DNA from: Gemmatales bacterium
Lineage (GTDB): Bacteria > Planctomycetota > Planctomycetia > Gemmatales > HRBIN36
Reading direction: 5' to 3'
Length of the DNA: 64,000 nt
Assembly: GCA_041640595.1 (NCBI GenBank)
Contig: JBEPZY010000004.1
Location: 162,373 to 226,372 of the forward strand
Below the pieces are notes generated by a model, which saw only the letters and a program-made list of their open reading frames with translations, was not told the origin of the DNA and ran no database searches. Within the stretch, counting starts at the first letter, position 1. Each line of letters opens with the position of its first letter. Shown here in pieces: positions 34,924 through 44,610 of the stretch. A program made the position numbers and the translations under genes.

Positions 34924-36810
34924 TCATTGCAACGGAGCAAATCCGAGCGAACCGCCGCCCAGTAACCGCGCCCCGAGCCGACCGCTCTGGTGGAGCATTT
35001 CTTCCAGTGCCTTCTGGACATCGGCCAACTGGAGTGTTCCGGTACCGCCTTCGCTGACGTGAAACTGCCACGCCCGACGCATCAGTTCCTTGATAAATGC
35101 AGCACTAGCCTGGTTAGTCCGCCGAACAATTTCTTCCAGCACCGCTTCCGGTATCGAGAGCCCGCGGCCATACAGTTGGGCCAGTCTTCTGCGGCAGTCT
35201 TCGTCCGGCAGGGGAAATTCGATTGCCTGATCGACACGCCCGGGCCGGGCTGCCAGGGCTTCCTCCAGAACCTCGGGCCGGTTCGTGGTCAATATGAACA
35301 ATATCTCGTTATCTTCGCCGATACCGTCCATCTCGTTGAGCATGCGATGGAGCAGCGGCAGGCTACTGCCTGGAAAGTCTCTATCTTCGCCTATCAAGTC
35401 CACGTCCTCAATAACGACCACTGCCGGCTGGAGTTGTCGGGCGAGGTCAACGTAGGCATCGAGGTAGGCCATCTGCTCCGCACGCACCAGCGCCACGGTT
35501 TGTCCCAGTTTCGTCAACTCGCTGATGAGATAGGCAATGGTGTGGGTTTTTCCGGTACCCGGAGGCCCGTAAAACAAGACGCCTTTCTTTACGTGCAGGT
35601 TCCAGTTTTTCAACTGTTGCCGATGGGCAACGAAGCCGAGAACATTTCGCTCGATTACTTCCAGCACCTTGTTGGGCAGAATTACTTCCTCGCGTCGTAC
35701 ATTCGGCACGTCGTGAACCTTGATATGCACGCCTGGACTGCCGAAAAACTCCACGTCCTTTTCCAGCGAAAGCACCTTCGTCCGATAAAAAGGCGATTGC
35801 TTGGCCGCCTCGCGGATGCGGTTGATCAAACTGGAAACCGTTTGTTCCACTTCCGGAGTATTGGGGCCGGCCAGCTGCAACGACACATGCACATCGCCGA
35901 ACCAGGAAGTGCCCATCATCAACATCGCCAGGGGATGCTCACCAACGCGCAGCAGCCACAGGCCATTCTTGACAAACCGCGCTTCCGCATCCTTGCCAAT
36001 GTTGATATGCTCGTACTCGATAGTACCGTAATTCCAGCGGTCTTTACCAGACGCTCCGAGCAGTTGGCTGAAGTTGACTTCCCTGAACAGTTCAATTGCC
36101 CCTGCAATTCTTCCCCTGGCACTACTCACACCCACGCACTGGATTATTTGGGCCTCCTTCTGCAGAACAGCGTCCAGCGCGAACTGGAGATTGGCGCGTA
36201 AAAAATAGGGGAAACGATACACCTGCACGGAAATGTCATTGACATCCCGCACACCCAGATGGTTCATCACCAGCCGTCTAAGGGATTTGGACCGGCCGGC
36301 ACCAGCGGCGGTGCTGCGCTCGCCTCCACTTTCCACCGGATCAGCAGTCATATCGTCCCTCAGTAAATTCAGGACCTCCTCGCGGACTTCTCCCAGGCGC
36401 AGACCCAGGTTCCGCAGTACCTGAGCGGCCACTCCTTCCTCTTCACGCAACAGGCCCAGTAACAAATGTTCGGTGCCGACGTAATTGTGATTGAGATTGC
36501 GGGCCTCTTCGATGGCATACTCGATGACTTTCTTAGCTCGGGGCGTGTACGGGAGTTTCCCCATGGTCACCATTTCGGTGCCGCTTTGCACCAGCCGTTC
36601 CACCTCCTGGCGAACCTTCTGCAGGTCCACGTCCAGATTTCTCAGGACGTTGGCGGCGACGCTCGCACCTTCTTTCACCAATCCCAGCAGAATGTGCTCC
36701 GTGCCGATGTATTCGTGATTGAAGCGCTGGGCCTCTTGTCTGGCCAGTTTCAACACCTTGCGAGCGCGATCCGTAAACCGTTCAAACATGCGTCCTTCAC
36801 TCATGCTCAT
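34924..36810 (-). CDS. Chimeric ClpC N-domain / classic single-ring AAA ATPase
   Basis: First about 175 aa nearly identical to ClpC; then GPPGTGKT, VVVIEDVD, LNEMDG, TTNRPEVLEEALAARPGRVD (second region of homology). Confidence 0.88.
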   Translation of the reverse strand: MSMSEGRMFERFTDRARKVLKLARQEAQRFNHEYIGTEHILLGLVKEGASVAANVLRNLDVDLQKVRQEVERLVQSGTEMVTMGKLPYTPRAKKVIEYAIEEARNLNHNYVGTEHLLLGLLREEEGVAAQVLRNLGLRLGEVREEVLNLLRDDMTADPVESGGERSTAAGAGRSKSLRRLVMNHLGVRDVNDISVQVYRFPYFLRANLQFALDAVLQKEAQIIQCVGVSSARGRIAGAIELFREVNFSQLLGASGKDRWNYGTIEYEHINIGKDAEARFVKNGLWLLRVGEHPLAMLMMGTSWFGDVHVSLQLAGPNTPEVEQTVSSLINRIREAAKQSPFYRTKVLSLEKDVEFFGSPGVHIKVHDVPNVRREEVILPNKVLEVIERNVLGFVAHRQQLKNWNLHVKKGVLFYGPPGTGKTHTIAYLISELTKLGQTVALVRAEQMAYLDAYVDLARQLQPAVVVIEDVDLIGEDRDFPGSSLPLLHRMLNEMDGIGEDNEILFILTTNRPEVLEEALAARPGRVDQAIEFPLPDEDCRRRLAQLYGRGLSIPEAVLEEIVRRTNQASAAFIKELMRRAWQFHVSEGGTGTLQLADVQKALEEMLHQSGRLGARLLGGGSLGFAPLQ

Positions 36811-36957
36811 GGCTGCTCACCTGCTTGCTCATCCGCAACCCGACCGGAACCGGCCCATGCTCCCCTGGCTCCGGGAAGCTGCGTTTAGTCGCATTATACC
36901 TCGCTAATCCCCAGCGGACGAGACGCGACACATCCACTACGCCAGCGGATTGTCAAT
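36285..36957 (-). repeat. Inverted copy of the clpC promoter and 5' coding region (4731-5405)
   Basis: Reverse complement aligns from gatt(g/t)acaatccgctggcgtagtgg through gtgccggccg(g/a)tccaa with scattered substitutions. Confidence 0.95.
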
Positions 36958-37074
36958 CTGGCTGATCCCCAGTTTGGTTCGACGCAGGGGATTTCCCAAC
37001 ATATGGCCGGACAACGGCTGACGAATAGTCCCATTTTTTCAACCTCGGGCACCGCACGCCCACATCGTTGCCGC

Positions 37075-37175
37075 GTTCAGGACCGAACAGCACGACCTTT
37101 TTCTCCGCTTAGATGCTCATGCGACGCGCTGCGAAGTACCTGTTCAGCACCGAGCAGCACAACCTTTTTGTCCGC
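37075..37175. repeat. Repeat-spacer-repeat unit (34 + 33 bp, period 67)
   Basis: gttcaggaccgaacagcacgacctttttctccgc vs gttcagcaccgagcagcacaacctttttgtccgc. Confidence 0.8.
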
Positions 37176-37414
37176 CTCTGGCTGACCGCACGCTCACATC
37201 GGCGCAGTGTTCAGCCAAGACGATTGCGGCCCATTGCGTGGCTAGCAGTCGGCGGCCCTTTGCCAAAACCTGACGAAGCTAAGGCAGACCTTGCGCGTTC
37301 CAAACGCCCCCCTAGCAAGCACTCGCGGTCCGTAGGCTGGTCCGGTACCAGCCGTAGGCAGGCCTCGCGTGTTCCAGGTGCCCCCGAACAAACAGGCGAC
37401 CCGACGTAACCGTT

Positions 37415-37750
37415 ATGACCCCCATGCCTTACCTCCAGCGGAGCCCCCGTCAAAACCGGCGACGAACCAGACCGTGCATGAGCGCCGCTTGGCAAATTAA
37501 CCAGCAGCAATATCAGGCAGTAATCAACCGGTTTAACAGGGACGCAAACAATCCACCTAATTACAGTGTCTTCGACTATAATTGTACGAACTGGGCATTC
37601 GATGTGCTCAATCGGGAAACTCATATCCGCTGGAGGCCCCAACTTGTACAGGAGCGTGTAACAGGCAGGTGGTTGTTGGCACCAGCTCAAGTCGGTGTAG
37701 AATTGCGCAGGAATCCAGTACCACAAAACGGGATAGGGTTAGAACCCTAA
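37415..37750 (+). pseudogene. C-terminal fragment of a permuted papain-like (NC-motif) putative toxin
   Basis: YSVFDYNCTNWAFDVL resembles the Y...NCxxW/F motif of PPPDE/LRAT-like enzymes; no credible N-terminus. Confidence 0.45.
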
Positions 37751-37782
37751 GCAATGAAAAGTCCATGCGAGGGAGAGCAAAC

Positions 37783-39078
37783 ATGACCAGGTCTCACCGA
37801 GTGGTGAAGCTGGCGGTCTTCTCAATGTTCGCGGCTGTCCTGGGAGGGATAATTAGCATGTCGCTGGCGGCTAGAAAAATCTCCGTTCTTGGAGACCTCG
37901 AGGACTGTGCACACGTAAGATTGTCTTTGCAAGATGGCCAGGTTCGAGTGCACGCTATAGAACCCTCAGGCCGGTTACTCATGCTCGACTTGAAGACTAA
38001 GGAAATCAAAAAACTGAGGGTAAAAGATTTAGAACTTGACGGCACGCAGCACATCTCCGTCGGAGGCCTGTTTGCCCCTATGAGTCCAACTCATTACGGT
38101 GTTAGAGCTCCAGATTCAAGCTTAGTCAACCTTTTTGTCGTGAGGGGAGCCGGTGAGGATTGCCAAACCTGGCTAGTTGATTTAGATACTGGAGCCGCCG
38201 TACTTCGACTCGAGGGTGGCTGGTACTGCTTGCCTACCGGCGATGGGATCTACGTTGTCTGGTCAGGCGAGCGAATACCTGGAAAAACGAAGCAGGAGTA
38301 TATTATCTATCGCTATGCAAATGCTAGGTTAGAAAAATTCTCGTCCTGGCAGCCTGATTTACCCATACAGAGTATTCTTTTTGCTCGATCACACGGAAAC
38401 TCGATTCGTATAGTTTGCGAGCGTCTCGTAGGAGAGAATCAAGGTACCCAACACAAGGTCGGGCAATTAGGACAAGCTCGTGCTATTTATCTCATAGATT
38501 TAGAAACACAGACAGCCAGAGTCCTGAGGTCTAAAAAGGTATTGGAGCTAAAACGCACTCCAGGCCGTGACAAGTCCTGGCCTTCAGCAGCAGTCTTCCC
38601 CGCACCATCGCCTGATAGCGTCTATATATACGAGCCTCAGAATCGTTCTCTCTATCTTTTTGACTGGAAGACGCTCCAAATGATTCGTGAGTTAAAACTG
38701 CGGATTCAAAAGAACTCAGAGGATAATGAATGGGAGCTCATTCCCTTCTTTATTATCCATCCTAATAAACCTCTGGCATTGCTGGTGTTTCCTATGGGGT
38801 TCGTATATCTGTTAGACTTGTCAGACGGTAGCCTTCGCCTATTGGGCGATGAACATTTCAAGAAGTTAAATCAATTTGTCATGACGCGCAGCCAGGAAGA
38901 GCCACTGGTTGGGTTAGCGGCAGTGCATTTTATGATGAAAGATGGAGTTTTCATGCCTAACGAGAATCAGGTGGTTGTAGTCGCGGGTTCTGGACATGTT
39001 TATATTTACAACTTAGCGCAGTCCAGACTGGACGCAGTTTTTCGTCTGACAGCAGAAGACCTCTTCGAACGCAAATAA
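37783..39078 (+). CDS. Exported beta-rich (propeller-like) protein, putative immunity
   Basis: Signal/TM N-terminus; repeated YLxDLxxG blades; directly after the toxin-like fragment; ATG 37783 after GGAG. Confidence 0.65.
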   Translation: MTRSHRVVKLAVFSMFAAVLGGIISMSLAARKISVLGDLEDCAHVRLSLQDGQVRVHAIEPSGRLLMLDLKTKEIKKLRVKDLELDGTQHISVGGLFAPMSPTHYGVRAPDSSLVNLFVVRGAGEDCQTWLVDLDTGAAVLRLEGGWYCLPTGDGIYVVWSGERIPGKTKQEYIIYRYANARLEKFSSWQPDLPIQSILFARSHGNSIRIVCERLVGENQGTQHKVGQLGQARAIYLIDLETQTARVLRSKKVLELKRTPGRDKSWPSAAVFPAPSPDSVYIYEPQNRSLYLFDWKTLQMIRELKLRIQKNSEDNEWELIPFFIIHPNKPLALLVFPMGFVYLLDLSDGSLRLLGDEHFKKLNQFVMTRSQEEPLVGLAAVHFMMKDGVFMPNENQVVVVAGSGHVYIYNLAQSRLDAVFRLTAEDLFERK

Positions 39079-39127
39079 ATTAATAAACCACCGTCAATAT
39101 AATTTTGCCTGTCCTGCGCACGGGCAC

Positions 39128-39829
39128 GATCCCGACGGGGACACTATGACCGCCCCAATGCCTTCAACCCCAGCGTTCCCGCGGCGTAATCAATTTCGCC
39201 TCCGGCCAACAGGCCTGACCAACGGCACACTGACACTCAATCCCGACGGCAGCTTCACCTATACGCCGAACACGCACTACGTCGGCCCGGACAGTTTCAC
39301 CTACACTTGGTCGGATGGTATGGGAAGCAGCGATGTCGGCACGATAAGTATAGATGTGGGGACCTACGCCGAGGATGAGTTGTGGGCACTGATGATCGAA
39401 ACGGACGGGGAGACGCGAGTACCTTACTGCAATGCGGATGATGAGGTCGTTCATTGGACTAGACACGACATATTACATATCCAACTTAGTCGGCCTATTG
39501 ACCGGGATGTTATAGTTGAATTACGGCTCGGCGTTATGGGCGACAATGGTGAACCCGCCGTTCAGGAATCGTCACGTTTATTTCTTCAAGTAGGAGAAAC
39601 CAGGGGAAAGTATCTGACGATTCCGATCACCACGGATGGTTCAGGACATCTAATATTGGTTTGTGTCGATCAAGACACCGGGGCTAGCGTAGACCTGGGA
39701 GAGACATGTATTCCAGCCCGTATACTGGCTGCTACTGGGACCTGGGTGCCACTGCGACCAGTCGTTACACTTGTACCCAATGCGGTGAGGACCTACAAAA
39801 AGACGATTTTCTGCGAGACCTCGGTATAA
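39128..39829 (+). pseudogene. Orphan cassette: partial Ig-like (Big_9) repeat plus degraded unique domain
   Basis: TNGTLTLNPDGSFTYTPNTHYVGPDSFTYTWSDG nearly identical to the repeats at 52.5-53.3 kb; downstream frames broken. Confidence 0.7.
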
Positions 39830-40631
39830 GCGAGCTCATCCACAACTGTGAACGTCAGCATCCGATCGCTCTGGAAATGCATCACGACTTTCAGCATGCC
39901 CTCGGAGAATATCTCAAGGATGTCAAGGTAGGGAGGATCCGCTTGAGAATCTCCGTCTTGTTCCCGGAGAAATCCATCAGCAAGCAACAGAATCCCATAG
40001 GCTCTGGTGGAACAAGAAAATGAATGAACCTGATGCGAGAGGCCTGATCCCAAGAAGGAGAAAAGGATTTCTGGACTTAGACCCACGTTTCGCTAAAGAG
40101 GCATAGGAACGATAACTGGTCATTGTATCTTAGTACAATGCGCTAATTCAGAGATTGGTCAGCGAACACACTTAAATCCGCACTCGTCCCCGTCTCATTC
40201 TCGAAGGCTGATCTGAACGGAGCGGTTAGCAAGCTGAGGGATATAGCCGAGCTTGCCCATGAGTCCAATCAACGAGGACGGTACTGGGCCAGAACTATCG
40301 CGTAACTACGCCGAGGAGTAACGATCATGGGCGCTGTTGCCAGTGGGCTATAACTAGCAAACCTGGTATTTAGAGCGGCAGACCTCCAGGAACAGCAAAC
40401 AGTTATTAACCCAACTATTGAGTGTGTTAGCAGACTTAGAGACTTTGAAGACGCACTGGCTCGTGGTTATTACCATCTAGTGGAGCTTGCTCTGGAGCGT
40501 AGGGTCAACTTCAGCGAAGCGTTGACTACATAGTTGCAGCATCAATTTCAATATAATTGATGACACAACTAAGGGAGTCCTCAAGAAGAACGTGTGGTTG
40601 ACTTTGTGAGCGCCATCGGGCAATCGTTGTT

Positions 40632-41280
40632 TTGCCCTGTCAGAATGGTATTCCTGAGTTGGTAAAGAAAAAGAACATCTTCAGCCCCGATAAACGTATG
40701 TGGATCAGCCATTTTGGAAGACACGGGGACCGGCTTTCCGTGATAAGTCGTGGCATAGTCACTCATGGTGGAGAGGACTTAGATATTGGAGAGGCTATGG
40801 TTTATATAATTGACCTAGCTCGGCAAACGGTTGTCAGAAAAATTCGGGCCATAGACTTATGGGAAGCTGACTATGAACCGGTGTGGATTAGCCCTTCCGG
40901 GCAATACGTGGTCAATGCCGCTGGCGGCTGGTATCTAATACGGCACTAGAATAGACATAAGAAGGACGAGGTAGAGTTCCCATCATTGGGACGCATGTAC
41001 CGGGAAGTGGGGGACAAACAACTCAGTGGTGACCCACACAGTTATTATGTCCGAACCAAGCGCATTGTAGCTGCTGTGGAGGGCGATGGAGGAGCCGTGA
41101 TACTTTTCCAGATCCGTGACGATATGATTGACCTCCTAATTTATTAGCACGCCCATGATGACCAGATAGCAGCACTGGAACTCGATAGCTCCGGAGAGTA
41201 GGTGCTCACGGCGGGGGTTGACGGATTAATCAAGATATGTTCAATCCAACCGCACAAGTGATTCCTTTGGAAGACATAAG
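40632..41280 (+). pseudogene. WD40/beta-propeller pseudogene with in-frame TAG stops
   Basis: Frame continues past TAG: ISPSGQYVV...IRH*...IY*HAHDDQIAALELDSSGE*VLTAGVDGLIKI. Confidence 0.65.
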
Positions 41281-41474
41281 GTGTTGAAGCGAGGTTTTGC
41301 GGGCTAGTTTCACAAGTGCCTTGCAAGAAGCGAAGTCCAACGAGTTTTACAAGCCTATTGATCGCCCGTGGCGGAATTCTGTGGCGAAGACAGGCAAGGC
41401 GATAAGAGCATGAATAAGACTTCCGCCTGGCTGCTCTCTCTGATAAGGTACGACGGTACCCTTTGCGATAGGCG

Positions 41475-42824
41475 TTATGGTTTCTGCGGACCAGTGGCGG
41501 GTACACTAGGGGGTTTGTGGGCCTTGCGTTCAGTTGTGACTTTCCAGACTGGCCGCAGATATTCTTTTCCGGTGTTTTCTTTACCCCAATGCTCCCAGGG
41601 TATGATAGGGTAAACGTCGCCGGTTCTAGCGTTAATCCACAGTTCTTGCAAGGTGGGCTGCACGAAATATAAACTGGCTTTGGCCATATCAACCTTATCG
41701 GGGTGGCGAAAGCGCGGAAGGGCTACACGTACGATCCAGTAGCAATCTCCTAAGGCATCCGTCAAGCCCATTATGTGAAAGCAAAATTCATCATAATGCA
41801 CCATGGCGTGAAAGTACAATCCATCATGTGCCTTCGGCTCTGGCTCAGGTAGCAGGTCAAATTCTCTGGAATACTTTATAAGGGCGTGCGCTAGCTCTGG
41901 TTTAGACTTCACAACCTCCTGCATCGCCCGTTCCAGAGCCTGGCGCTCATTGGTTACCTTAGCGTTTTTCGGAAAATTAAATAAAGTAAATGCCTCACCT
42001 GGATTACGGAGTAGCAGTGGCCAGGAACCAAGGTCCCGTTCCATCTGGTCCAGAAGACCAGGGAAAGGAATTCCTGATCCGGGCATTCTCTTGGTCTGTA
42101 TTGGCTTCCTTTTCAGTCTCTCATCAGGCAAAGCTGACTCGTCCTGCACGATTAGAAATTCGAGTATGCGTGTACTTCGGGCATTGAGAAAAACATAGCA
42201 GGGCTGCATCTCCGACACCTCTCGTTTCAAAACCCAGACAGGGTCCCCGGCTTCGCCGAAACCATCTACAGGTACTCCGAGAATTAGCAAACTCGTAACA
42301 ACGTAGGGGTGGATCGGTTCCATAGCTGCTGGCCAATATTCATCACCCTGCGTCATTAGAAACTCCAGCGCCTCTTTGGGACTGCGAATTTTGCACTGCT
42401 GGACTATACTTTCTCTCCACTCTTTGAACACGATATTCATCTCTTCACACAGGAGGTATGCGGCGTAACCATCGGTTCCCGATTGTAAATCCAGCAGCGG
42501 TAGTAAACATTTGACCCGGGCCATGGCTATCTGACCAAGCGTACCTCGCCGACTGGGAGGCTCCAGAAATCCCTTCCATATATCAAGAAGCTTTTCAACT
42601 TCTTCGCCCTTGGCTTCTGGAATCCTGGACACAGTTCCAGCAGCTTTATCTTGCTCCTTCGACGACCCAGATTCCAGGACTTTTTGCGGCTTGCCAGCTG
42701 CCTCGCCACTGGAGCCACCTTTGGTTCCAGCCTCCTGGTCGGACTCGACGCAAGCGCTCTGGATAGTTAGTAGCCAGACTATTCCCAGAGCATAGATCGC
42801 AATGGTTGCAAGGGTCTTCCTCAT
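41475..42824 (-). CDS. Putative lipoprotein, immunity candidate with a duplicated domain
   Basis: Signal peptide with IQSAC; two GD.(V/Y)W...(L/I)NAR(S/T) units. Confidence 0.7.
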   Translation of the reverse strand: MRKTLATIAIYALGIVWLLTIQSACVESDQEAGTKGGSSGEAAGKPQKVLESGSSKEQDKAAGTVSRIPEAKGEEVEKLLDIWKGFLEPPSRRGTLGQIAMARVKCLLPLLDLQSGTDGYAAYLLCEEMNIVFKEWRESIVQQCKIRSPKEALEFLMTQGDEYWPAAMEPIHPYVVTSLLILGVPVDGFGEAGDPVWVLKREVSEMQPCYVFLNARSTRILEFLIVQDESALPDERLKRKPIQTKRMPGSGIPFPGLLDQMERDLGSWPLLLRNPGEAFTLFNFPKNAKVTNERQALERAMQEVVKSKPELAHALIKYSREFDLLPEPEPKAHDGLYFHAMVHYDEFCFHIMGLTDALGDCYWIVRVALPRFRHPDKVDMAKASLYFVQPTLQELWINARTGDVYPIIPWEHWGKENTGKEYLRPVWKVTTERKAHKPPSVPATGPQKP

Positions 42825-42907
42825 GGCTGGTCTCCTGTTTACTTAGATCGGGTGCTGCTGCAAAGCGTGTAATCGCATGCTTCTACTTATCAGCGGCGGT
42901 TGTGCCG

Positions 42908-43675
42908 TCACTTTTTAGGCGGCTTCATTTCTTCGGGGGCGTATAACACGTGGGAAACACGGACTCCGGGATTAAGGGGCGGAAACAAGCCCACCATCTG
43001 TCATGTCCGCGAATTAACGAAATAAAAATTCGAAGTCGTGATTCTAAATGGGCTTCCTTCCGTTCGGCTGTCCCAACAACCCTCGCTCACCAACCAGATC
43101 AAATCTCCGGCCTTTCCTAAACCCGGTGTGTCGCGTCCCAGCATGAATATAGCCTCTATCCTTGGAATGTAAAGTCTCAGCCTCACTTCCTCCCTGATTA
43201 CTTCCGGTGGAAGTCCGGGCAGCTCTTTCAGGAGGCGTTTTTCCAAGGCGATTGGCGGATTGGCGTCGTGCGCTTCCGGAACAAAAAAATTGTCCAGCTG
43301 GCATTCCCCGGGCAGCATAAGCTTGACAGAGTTGATATGGCAGAGCTTGTTCTCCTTCTGGAACTTCGTAAACCACTCGTGATCATCTTAGCGCTCGAAT
43401 AGATGATCCGTGCAGTTGAGGAAACGGATGACGCCGGCGTCTTCGCGGGCGCGATGGTATAGATATTCCCAAGTGGATCGGCCTGCCTGTGTATTGTTAG
43501 CGCGCGCACGAGCCAAGATCTGGTCTTTATAAAACGTTAGTACATCGGTCAGTGGAATCGGAAAACGGTTAAATCGCTCAGGCTCCTGAGCAATCGAGTA
43601 ATACGTCAGGGCTGTTCCAGCCAAGAAGGCTACTAGGTGACTGAGGCAATACAGGGCATAGCGGCGCATCATCAT
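42908..43675 (-). pseudogene. Paralog of 41475-42824 with two in-frame premature stops
   Basis: ORFs 43388-43675 and 43001-43318 share a frame (TAA at 43388); GKAGDLIWLV...FVNSRT*QMVGLFP matches INARTGDVYPIIP. Confidence 0.7.
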
Positions 43676-43791
43676 TGTTCCTCCTTATTGCAGAATCAAT
43701 ACAGTTTAGGCGTGCACATCCCGATCTTGTTCCCGCTCAAATGTGGCCTTGCCAGTAGAATCCGCGCAGGTAAATTATCTTGTGTGTGTCT

Positions 43792-44574
43792 TTATTCTCC
43801 TTTCCTAATAAGCTTCTCTAAACGCCAATCCTTCGAGTTCTTGCCAGAGGTAGAAAGTTCAATGACGTAGGGGCCGCACCCTGCAACAAGCGTCCATTTT
43901 TCGTCCTTGAAGTGCAGCGCGACGATTCTGATGTCCTTTGTGAGCAATTGCCTAGCGGCCTCACGACCTAGAGCTTCTGTCAATTTTTCCTTTAAAGGTA
44001 CCTGATGGTCAGGGATAGTAGTAAAGTTTTTCCATTCGGATAACCTATAGTGTACGCCCAGCTTGTCGTACGAGGCTGGTCGAGGTGGCAGGGGATCCAT
44101 GTGCGACTGATTAAGGTTAATGCTATAAAACGCTAAACAGGGTTTTTCTTCTCCTGGCAATGCGAAAACAAGCTCAAACAACCCTTCGTTAGACAGGCTA
44201 GCTTGAAACCCATAAGGGGCCTTCTTTGGTTCTGTGAAGTCTCTATCGCCAAACCTGGCTGTCCAATTAACTGACCGCACTCTGCTTTTGGAGTCCCGCA
44301 ACTGATCTAGTATTTCGACGTATAGCCTGATCCAGACATCTTTATAAGAGACGTTCGGGGGCGCCCCAAAGTCGTGCTCGACACGAATTTTCTCCCAGCC
44401 AACTTCGGCCACTTGATGCGCAGCTATGCGCACGCTCAAGACCTTGTGTGGGCCATCCTGATTGGCTTGCGTTGACACGGCATTATTCGAAGTGAGCAGC
44501 AGGACAGTTCCAAATAAGGACAAATATGCCTTTATTGGGTTCATGGAATTCACCCTCACGTTAGTGGAAATCAT
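43792..44574 (-). CDS. Exported hypothetical protein, putative immunity to the transglutaminase-like toxin
   Basis: Signal peptide; immediately downstream of the toxin C-terminus. Confidence 0.65.
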   Translation of the reverse strand: MISTNVRVNSMNPIKAYLSLFGTVLLLTSNNAVSTQANQDGPHKVLSVRIAAHQVAEVGWEKIRVEHDFGAPPNVSYKDVWIRLYVEILDQLRDSKSRVRSVNWTARFGDRDFTEPKKAPYGFQASLSNEGLFELVFALPGEEKPCLAFYSINLNQSHMDPLPPRPASYDKLGVHYRLSEWKNFTTIPDHQVPLKEKLTEALGREAARQLLTKDIRIVALHFKDEKWTLVAGCGPYVIELSTSGKNSKDWRLEKLIRKGE

Positions 44575-44610
44575 TTATCAGTTACTGCAGACTATCTAAG
44601 CAATCTACCA

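Noticed and set aside
40632..41280. Amber (TAG) recoding, since three in-frame TAGs fall where Trp is plausible
   Set aside because: TAG is a normal stop in gpsA and the sigma factor, and neighbouring relics have TAA/TGA stops and frameshifts; ordinary pseudogene decay suffices.
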